Shown piece after piece: positions 1 through 6,005 of a stretch of 64,000 bases of DNA. Made by a program: the position numbers and the translations under genes. The stretch lies in sequence record MN871449.1, one strand, 5' to 3'. Below the pieces are notes generated by a model. It ran no database searches. It saw nothing but the letters and a program-made list of their open reading frames with translations, and was not told where the DNA came from. The first letter of the stretch is position 1; each line of letters opens with the position of its first letter.

Positions 1-31
1 TTTTTTTTTTATTTTACGTCGTTAACTAGTT

Positions 32-35
32 TATG
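32..35 (+). promoter_or_regulatory. Candidate TATG-type (phiKZ-like nvRNAP) promoter, TTATGAAC, upstream of gene 74-841
   Basis: TTATGAAC also occurs at 2572 and 4855, and TTATGAAAC occurs upstream of the capsid gene (48871). TATG is the published phiKZ late promoter core. Confidence 0.4.
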
Positions 36-73
36 AACAAACTTTATTTTCACTCTTATCGTAAGGAAATCAA

Positions 74-841
74 ATGGCTAAGTTACACGAAGTATTGGCA
101 GCAGAACCCACTCGCACCAAACAAGTGCAAGTCCTGATCGAAGACGCCAGTAAAAAATTCAATAAATCGGCTGAATATTTCAGCGGGTTTGATAAAACCC
201 TGAAACTGCACGAAGACAACGACGCCAACGCCGCGATCGAAAAAAGCGAAAGTACCAGCAAGGCAGTGATCACCACTGTTGCCGAAACGTTGCAGTACCT
301 CTTCGAATATTTCGCCACCGCAGAAGATCTTCGTCTGCAAAAAGCCCTGACTAACCAGGTCGCAAAAGCAGACATCATGTTCAAAGGCGAAGTCCTCGTT
401 TCTGGAGTGCCGGTAGATGAACTCCTGGGCCTGGAAAAACGCCTGGCGGAACTGCGCAAACTGATCGCCGCGGCCCCTACTCTGGATTCGTCCAAACAAT
501 GGGAACGCGATAGCAACAGCACCTACGGATTCCGTACCGTGACGGACGAAGTCACGACGAAAACCGAGAAAGTGCTCACTCCGGTTATCCTGGCGCCGGC
601 TACCGACCACCACCCTGCACAGGTGAAAGAATCGGAAAGCACCGTCGTAATCGGTAGCTTCACCCGTAAAAGCTATTCCGGCGCCTGCACCCCGATGCAG
701 AAAGCCAACGCACTGCGTGATATCGACGAACTGATCGTTGAAGTCACTAATGCACGTATGCGTGCAAACTGCACCGAAGTTGTTCAGGGTTCTATCGGCG
801 AAGTGCTGACCAACGTGATTCTGAAAAACTTCACTGCTTAA
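74..841 (+). CDS. Conserved hypothetical protein (255 aa; MAKLxxxxAxE...HPAQV family), candidate partner of the downstream structured RNA
   Basis: Clean ORF, AAGGAA RBS, strongly optimised codons (CTG/ATC/ACC/AAC). Motifs A-D-I...VPVxxLLxLEKRL and ATDHHPAQV resemble, from memory, a widespread uncharacterised bacterial/phage family. Confidence 0.85.
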   Translation: MAKLHEVLAAEPTRTKQVQVLIEDASKKFNKSAEYFSGFDKTLKLHEDNDANAAIEKSESTSKAVITTVAETLQYLFEYFATAEDLRLQKALTNQVAKADIMFKGEVLVSGVPVDELLGLEKRLAELRKLIAAAPTLDSSKQWERDSNSTYGFRTVTDEVTTKTEKVLTPVILAPATDHHPAQVKESESTVVIGSFTRKSYSGACTPMQKANALRDIDELIVEVTNARMRANCTEVVQGSIGEVLTNVILKNFTA

Positions 842-850
842 TGTGTTAGT

Positions 851-1110
851 AATGGGTATTCTCACGAGTGCCCATTGATAATAAAGATTGAGGCCAACTT
901 TATCTTTATTGTTAGTCCGTGTTGCAGGTGTGATGACCCCACTGGAAGTTCGACTCTTTCTTCTCCCACCAAACTATGGGAGAATGGCGGAATTGGTAGA
1001 CGCAGTCATCAATGCACCCATAATGCGACCCGGATGGTTAGTGTTAACTTTATCTTATCGCCTCACACGCTTAAAGATAAAGAGTAAACAGTAAAATAGC
1101 GGACTGAACT
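851..1110 (+). ncRNA. Structured RNA domain containing circularly permuted tRNA-like module 1 (931-1011)
   Basis: T-arm GGAAG-TTCGACT-CTTTC (944-960), TTCTCCC-A-CCA (961-971), linker AACTAT, GGGAGAA (978-984, perfect complement), D-arm GCG-GAATTGGTAGA-CGC, then GTCATCA (1005-1011) pairing with TGATGAC (931-937). Confidence 0.8.
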
Positions 1111-1124
1111 TTCTTTCTCTTACG

Positions 1125-1245
1125 GAAAGAATTCTAGAGGTCGCGGATTCGAATTCCGCTCTGCCTACCTGGACACATTCACAGAGTGTTTCTTGGAGGC
1201 AGATAGCTCAGCCGGTAGAGCACTAGATTATAAAATAAAACTTCC
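1125..1245 (+). ncRNA. Circularly permuted tRNA-like module 2 (1133-1227)
   Basis: TCTAG-AGGTC-GCGGA-TTCGAAT-TCCGC-TCTGCCT-A (1133-1167), ~29-nt hairpin linker, then AGGCAGA-TA-GCTC-AGCCGGTA-GAGC-A-CTAGA (1197-1227). Acceptor and anticodon stems are perfectly complementary in permuted order. Confidence 0.8.
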
Positions 1246-1393
1246 AATCTTATTCTTAGATAGGTCGCGCTAAATTCTGTTTATAGCTGAATGGCTATGG
1301 GCGGTGTTGGGGATGGTTATATCCTTACCTCCGCCCTTCTTACCACAAAAGTTTCTTTTTCAAAGAGATCACTTTTTGATAAATAAATTAATC

Positions 1394-1432
1394 GAGAGAG
1401 GAGGGAATTCCCTCCTCTCTCCTATGCTTTTT
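1394..1432 (+). terminator. Intrinsic terminator-like hairpin ending the gene+RNA unit, followed by TATG
   Basis: GAGAGAGGAGGG-AATT-CCCTCCTCTCTC, then CTATGCTTTTTT. Confidence 0.75.
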
Positions 1433-1480
1433 TACGGTAAACTGTTTTAATGTAGAAGACACTTTTTAATTGAGGAATTT

Positions 1481-2368
1481 ATGGATAACTCAACCGTTGT
1501 CATTATTTTGACGTTGAGCCATAGGCTCCGTAAATCAATGACTACACTGGCTAATGAGAATAGCGATTGGATGATTCTCTCCCATTGCCTATTGGAATGG
1601 TCGGTGCAACAATTTGTTTCACGTAAACCGGTAGAATTGATCCCTATCTTCAAAGATCTCTACGAACGCTTTCTCAAAGAGCACGAAGAGGAATTTTTTA
1701 AGGTTCGGATGGGTTACGGGTTACAAAAAGCAGAATGGAAAGACGGTACGGTTTGGTTACACTTTGCAAATCGTGACCCTAAACATTTCCCGGATTGGAC
1801 TATCATTAACGGATTGAAGATTCCCGACGTTAATGATAAGACGATAGAGGGCGTTGTAGTTTACCATCCGAAAGACTCCGCGGTGTACTATAGTGAAGTC
1901 AGTCGAATGCCAAGGCACGCAGTAGTACAAACAGAAGAATTTCTTCGCCTGGGTATTCACAGTAGCAAAGTCCTTCAGAACGCTTTTGATGCTACCCCTG
2001 TCAATTTACTGGCGTCACGATTCTTGTTAGTGAATGACCATGAGAAATGCTGGGCAGTTTCAAAAGGTTTCTCTATGTGGTGGAAAGACACTCGTCAAGG
2101 TTACCCTACGGTTACTGAAGATCATAGCGACGACTACGGACAGGAAAGAAAAACCAAACCAGTTTGGCGTGATAAATTCGCCGAGTCTCGTCAGAAACCA
2201 AAAAGTAAAAATCCGAATAACCCTGATTACAAGCGAAGAGTGAAAGTAGGTAAGAAAGAGTACCAAAACGCTTTCAAATGCTCTCAGGGAGAATCTATTC
2301 AACCGAGAGAAGTTTACGCCCGTTGCTATTCTAAACGACCAGAATGGGCAGAGTGGAACTTTATTTAA
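1481..2368 (+). CDS. Hypothetical protein (295 aa, basic C-terminus)
   Basis: Long ORF with GAGGA RBS; no recognisable motif. Confidence 0.7.
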   Translation: MDNSTVVIILTLSHRLRKSMTTLANENSDWMILSHCLLEWSVQQFVSRKPVELIPIFKDLYERFLKEHEEEFFKVRMGYGLQKAEWKDGTVWLHFANRDPKHFPDWTIINGLKIPDVNDKTIEGVVVYHPKDSAVYYSEVSRMPRHAVVQTEEFLRLGIHSSKVLQNAFDATPVNLLASRFLLVNDHEKCWAVSKGFSMWWKDTRQGYPTVTEDHSDDYGQERKTKPVWRDKFAESRQKPKSKNPNNPDYKRRVKVGKKEYQNAFKCSQGESIQPREVYARCYSKRPEWAEWNFI

Positions 2369-2391
2369 TTCCCTTCAAGGAGGGACAGGTT

Positions 2392-2547
2392 ATGAAAAAG
2401 CATCACGAATACGAATGCAAAAATTGCTTGACCTCCCCAACAGATAAGCAGTTAAAGGAATTTAAACTGCAAGATAAACCGCTACTCTGTAAAAATTGCG
2501 GCTCGGATGATTTCCAGCAAACTCCTTTACCTGAAGACTCGAATTGA
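2392..2547 (+). CDS. Small zinc-ribbon protein (51 aa)
   Basis: GGAGGG RBS before ATG 2392; CKNC...CKNC (two CxxC). Confidence 0.7.
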   Translation: MKKHHEYECKNCLTSPTDKQLKEFKLQDKPLLCKNCGSDDFQQTPLPEDSN

Positions 2548-2572
2548 TCAAAAAATACTCTGCTCAGTCATT

Positions 2573-2990
2573 TATGAACCCAACCTTCAGGTTCCTTTTC
2601 ACGGTAGTAAACCCCCTGTCGTTGCGAATGAACGCCAAGGGAATCACAACAACTCTTTTATCTCAATGCGGGCTGGCTGGTAAGATAAACAGGTGATTCC
2701 TTTTCAAGGTTCTTTCCATGAATGGAGAGACGACGACACTTCTTCACCGACGCAGACGCCTAGCTAATTCAGGCGCCTGTCTTTTTACAATAGATGATAT
2801 CTACAGATAAGGCTGACCTTAAATCGGCATAATTCAACTTACTCCTACTGTGGCCCGGAATCCAAAGATAGGAAAGCTGAAAGTTTGTAGATGTCATCGC
2901 CCCTTTTGAGGGGCTGACTTGCAACTAACTTAATCTTAAACCCTTACAGGTAGCACGAAACAAAGGCGCCTCTTTATTCCGTGACATGAT
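2573..2990 (+). ncRNA. Structured non-coding region or long 5' leader upstream of the TAXI gene
   Basis: TATG at 2573. Helices 2637-2647/2693-2703, 2657-2663/2683-2689, 2799-2805/2886-2892, 2899-2914. Hairpin plus T-run at 2754-2786. Confidence 0.4.
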
Positions 2991-3082
2991 TAATGCACAT
3001 GTTGGGCCAACTTGTCAGCCCCTCAAATTCACTGTGGCGGTTATGCCGCTTGACACCCATACTTTCCTTAAAGGGAATGCAA

Positions 3083-3940
3083 ATGAAGAAACTTGCTTTT
3101 GCCGTGATTTCGGTAGCGTTACTTTGCATGAGTGCTGGCGTATCCGCGGCCGATGGCAAAATTGTTATTACCACCGGTCAACAAGGTTTAACTTATAACG
3201 CCGTTTATGGCGTAAACTTAGCCAGTGCTCTGAGCGAGTACGGTTACCAGACTTCGGTTGTCCCTTCTAAAGGCTCGCTCGATAACCTTGATCGTGTAGC
3301 CTCTGGAGAAGCCACTATCGGGTTTACCCAAGCTGATGCCTATCAGTTCTGGCGTTCGCGTCATGCCAACGAAGCACAGAACGTTGATATCATTGGCGAA
3401 CTGGCCAGTGAGTGCGTCTTTGTCGCCGTCAAGAAAGACGGTAAGGTCACCGGTAAAGGTGATCTAAAAGAAGGCACTAAAATCGCTGTGGGTGAACCTA
3501 CCTCTGGATCTTACGCTTCGTGGCAGTATCTCCAGACATTGGAGAAAAACTACGCGAAAGTTGAAACGTATGCCAAAGGCGGTATCCGTTCTTTGGCTAA
3601 AGTGAATACTGGCGAATACGACGCGTTCCTTTGGGTTTCTGCACCCGACCGGAATAATAAATTCCTGGACGCAGTCATGCAAAAAGACTCGGGACTCGAG
3701 ATCATTGATTTCAACTCCTGGAATGCTGATGCAAAACTGCCGAACGGTAAAGCGGTGTACACGATCGAAAAAGCAACAACCGATTCGGGTATCATTTTCA
3801 ATTCGACCGTAAAAGTCCCTTGCACTAAAACCCTGGTGGTAGCGAATACCTCAGGTGACAGCGACCAGTTCCTTGAAGATGCCTCTACAATTCTTCTGAA
3901 GAACTCTGCGCGCGTTCAGGGTACAGCGTCAGGAAAATAA
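3083..3940 (+). CDS. TAXI-family TRAP transporter solute-binding protein (secreted)
   Basis: Signal peptide MKKLAFAVISVALLCMSAGVSA. TAXI-like motifs ITTGQQGLTY, SKGSLDNL..V.SG...IGFTQAD, IAVGEPTSGS. True start is probably 3083 (AAGGGA RBS), not 2993. Confidence 0.8.
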   Translation: MKKLAFAVISVALLCMSAGVSAADGKIVITTGQQGLTYNAVYGVNLASALSEYGYQTSVVPSKGSLDNLDRVASGEATIGFTQADAYQFWRSRHANEAQNVDIIGELASECVFVAVKKDGKVTGKGDLKEGTKIAVGEPTSGSYASWQYLQTLEKNYAKVETYAKGGIRSLAKVNTGEYDAFLWVSAPDRNNKFLDAVMQKDSGLEIIDFNSWNADAKLPNGKAVYTIEKATTDSGIIFNSTVKVPCTKTLVVANTSGDSDQFLEDASTILLKNSARVQGTASGK

Positions 3941-3943
3941 GTT

Positions 3944-4108
3944 ATGCTGAAAAAGATCGGCTGGTTAATATTACTGGCCGTCATCTTTTTGGTGTTGTTT
4001 CGAATGGCAGGTGTATTGATTGATATTGTCCTGCTTATTATTCTCGCTGGTGCAATTGCCGTTTATGTGCAGCTTGCTTTCAGAAAGAAAAAGAAACAAT
4101 CGAGCTGA
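3944..4108 (+). CDS. Small two-TM membrane protein (54 aa)
   Basis: MLKKIGWLILLAVIFLVLFRMAGVLIDIVLLIILAGAIAVYVQLAFRKKKKQSS; starts 3 nt after the TAXI stop. Confidence 0.75.
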   Translation: MLKKIGWLILLAVIFLVLFRMAGVLIDIVLLIILAGAIAVYVQLAFRKKKKQSS

Positions 4109-4159
4109 CGGTATTTTACAAAGGGTACATTTATGTGCTCTTAATAAAACATCGTTTTC

Positions 4160-4235
4160 GGGTCCATAGCTCAGTGGTTAGAGCAGGCGACTCATAATCG
4201 CTTGGTCGCAGGTTCAAAACCTGCTGGACCCACCA
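4160..4235 (+). tRNA. tRNA-Ile2 (CAU)
   Basis: Cloverleaf, anticodon arm GGCGA-CT-CAT-AA-TCGCT, encoded CCA. D and anticodon arms match recalled enterobacterial ileX. Confidence 0.9.
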
Positions 4236-4240
4236 TATTT

Positions 4241-4325
4241 GCCCGGGTGGTGAAATCGGCAGACACAAGGGATTTAAAATCCCTCGCTTAATCGCGTGCG
4301 GGTTCGAACCCCGCCCCGGGCACCA
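4241..4325 (+). tRNA. tRNA-Leu (UAA)
   Basis: AGGGA-TT-TAA-AA-TCCCT, long variable arm, CCA. Confidence 0.95.
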
Positions 4326-4330
4326 TCTAC

Positions 4331-4405
4331 GTCCTCTTAGCTCAGCAGGATAGCAGCAACGGCCTTCTAAGCCGTAGGTCACTGGTTCGAATCCAGTAGA
4401 GGACA
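4331..4405 (+). tRNA. tRNA-Arg (UCU)
   Basis: ACGGC-CT-TCT-AA-GCCGT; acceptor GTCCTCT/AGAGGAC; CCA not encoded. Confidence 0.9.
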
Positions 4406-4484
4406 CTTCATTATATTCACCCACAGTTTTTGTTGGTCTTCCTATTTCGGTTTAGACCACTAACTTGTATAAGGTAAAAGTAAA

Positions 4485-4826
4485 ATGAATGACGTAACAT
4501 TTGCACACAGTCAAGAAGACATTGATCATATTTCTTATCGTCTTCCTTTAGCCTCTGATCGAACGATTAACGATCCGGCTTATTTGATTAAGTCGAAAGA
4601 CGTTTTCGATATGATCAGGGGAACAGAAGAACTTAATAAGATTGAGAGTTCGAATAATACACGGATAATACATCACTCTCAGATTTACCAGGGCCACTGG
4701 AAAGACCAATTTTTATCGCTGATCAATGCGGCCGCTAAACGCAACGGTTGGAATACCGTCACCCAATATGGCGGACAAATTCTTTTGGTTGCTGATATCT
4801 GGTTATCTGTAGGGAAATTCCGGTAG
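4485..4826 (+). CDS. Hypothetical protein (113 aa)
   Basis: ORF with AAGGT RBS between the two tRNA clusters. Confidence 0.65.
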   Translation: MNDVTFAHSQEDIDHISYRLPLASDRTINDPAYLIKSKDVFDMIRGTEELNKIESSNNTRIIHHSQIYQGHWKDQFLSLINAAAKRNGWNTVTQYGGQILLVADIWLSVGKFR

Positions 4827-5023
4827 GCAATCAAAATTTAAGTAATTCAATATCTTATGAACAAAGATTGTAACTTTCTCTCCGGAATGTTAAGACAACA
4901 ATCAACCTGTTCAAATATTGCGCAAGTCTCAGAGGGAAACCATACGCCCTGAGAAGAAACTAATAGTGCTCCTTGGCCCGAGAGTAAAGAATGCAGCGCT
5001 GAAATAATCGGGTCCCAAATTCA

Positions 5024-5107
5024 GGGGAAGTTCCAGAGTGGTCAAATGGGTCAGACTGTAAATCTGCTGCTTCGGCTTCGGTAGTTCGAATCTACCCTTC
5101 CCCACCA
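5024..5107 (+). tRNA. tRNA-Tyr (GUA)
   Basis: TCAGA-CT-GTA-AA-TCTGC, long variable arm, CCA. Confidence 0.93.
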
Positions 5108-5114
5108 GTTTTAT

Positions 5115-5189
5115 AGAAGCGTAGCCAAGCGGTTAAGGCCCCGGGCTTTGATCTCGGTACCCCTAGTTCGAATCTAGGCGCTTCTGCCA
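5115..5189 (+). tRNA. tRNA-Gln (UUG)
   Basis: CCGGG-CT-TTG-AT-CTCGG; acceptor AGAAGCG/CGCTTCT; G73; CCA. Confidence 0.92.
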
Positions 5190-5194
5190 TTAGC

Positions 5195-5270
5195 GCAAGT
5201 ATAGCTCAGTCGGTAGAGCGATGTCCTTCCAAGTCATAGGTCGCGAGTTCGAACCTCGCTGCTTGCTCCA
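5195..5270 (+). tRNA. tRNA-Gly (UCC)
   Basis: ATGTC-CT-TCC-AA-GTCAT; U73; CCA. Confidence 0.92.
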
Positions 5271-5277
5271 GATACAA

Positions 5278-5379
5278 TGTTCTCGTAGCTCAACTAGGTA
5301 GAGCGCCTGCATCGGCGGCCACTGCGCCGCCAACTGCTTAGCAGGAGGTTGCCGGTTCAAATCCGGAAGGGAACAACCA
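5278..5379 (+). ncRNA. tRNA-like RNA with an extended anticodon arm (30-nt structured loop)
   Basis: Acceptor TGTTCTC/GGGAACA, A-CCA, D-arm GCTC/GAGC, T-loop TTCAAAT. CCTGC/GCAGG encloses ATC-GGCGGC-CACTGC-GCCGCC-AACTGCTTA. Confidence 0.8.
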
Positions 5380-5386
5380 AACAAAA

Positions 5387-5461
5387 GGTGCTATCGTCTA
5401 GCGGAAAGGATACCTCCCTGTCACGGAGGAGACCGGAGTTCAATTCTCCGTAGCACCGCCA
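5387..5461 (+). tRNA. tRNA-Asp (GUC)
   Basis: CCTCC-CT-GTC-AC-GGAGG; G73; CCA. Confidence 0.93.
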
Positions 5462-5467
5462 AATAAT

Positions 5468-5541
5468 GACTCTTTAGTTCAGTTGGTTAGAACGGCAGCC
5501 TGTTAAGCTGTAGGTCCCAGGTTCAAGTCCTGGAAGAGTCG
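5468..5541 (+). tRNA. tRNA-Asn (GUU)
   Basis: GCAGC-CT-GTT-AA-GCTGT; acceptor GACTCTT/AAGAGTC; G73; CCA not encoded. Confidence 0.9.
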
Positions 5542-5550
5542 CATTTTAAT

Positions 5551-5640
5551 AGAGAGTTGGATGAGCGGTTTAAGTCGCTCCCCTGCTAAGGGAGTGTATC
5601 CGAAAGGGTACCGAGAGTTCGAATCTCTCACTCTCTGCCA
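5551..5640 (+). tRNA. tRNA-Ser (GCU)
   Basis: CTCCC-CT-GCT-AA-GGGAG, long variable arm, G73, CCA. Confidence 0.95.
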
Positions 5641-5893
5641 AATAATGACATCTTACTTAGACTAAAGGCAGGGGTTAACCAGGCGACTTAATGTTGCGGA
5701 GAGTTAATCTTGGCCTAAGGCAAAAGTTGACCTCGGCGTGCTGAGGGGGATGTCTCCTTGTTATCCCTACGTAAATCATCGACGAATAAATGAGCCGTTA
5801 AATACGACCCATTTAAGCATAATTGCATCTCGGCTAAACACCGGGCGCTGCTGGTGTAGATGATACTCATTGAGTGCTAGGGAACCTATTCAA
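5641..5893 (+). ncRNA. Unclassified structured RNA within the tRNA array
   Basis: Nested helices 5765-5769/5878-5882, 5775-5780/5859-5864, 5793-5797/5831-5835, 5798-5803/5811-5816, 5838-5844/5851-5857; hairpin 5731-5746. No ORF of 60 aa or more. Confidence 0.55.
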
Positions 5894-6001
5894 TGATAGG
5901 CTAGCTTAAAGGTAAAGCGCGGGCATTAGGCCCCCTCTCATACGAGGGGCGCCTTAACATGGGAGCCTGAGATAGCCGTTCGATTCGGTACCTATCAACC
6001 A
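5894..6001 (+). ncRNA. tRNA-like RNA with an extended anticodon arm (40-nt structured loop)
   Basis: Acceptor TGATAGG/CCTATCA, A-CCA, D-arm GCTT/AAGC, T-loop TTCGATT. CGGGC/GCCTG encloses ATT-AGGC-CCCCTC-TCATAC-GAGGGG-C-GCCT-TAACATGGGA. Confidence 0.8.
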
Positions 6002-6005
6002 AAGT

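Noticed and set aside
875-1094. ORFs 875-1087 and 888-1094 from the track
   Set aside because: No RBS, unbiased codons, and they overlap clear T-arm and D-arm motifs; better explained as ncRNA.
1031-1095. Two-piece tmRNA tag reading frame after module 1
   Set aside because: No G3.U70 pair, a tRNA-Leu-type D stem, and only a weak peptide (LYLIASHA*) with no resume motif. Not supported, though an Infernal test is still worthwhile.
978-1170. A single intron-containing tRNA (5' half at 978 joined to the 3' half ending 1167)
   Set aside because: The acceptor strands GGGAGAA and TCTGCCT mismatch at two or more positions and the anticodon stems do not pair. Each half pairs perfectly with its permuted partner instead.
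4131-5384. Minus-strand ORFs 4131-4424 and 5190-5384
   Set aside because: Antisense to tRNA genes.
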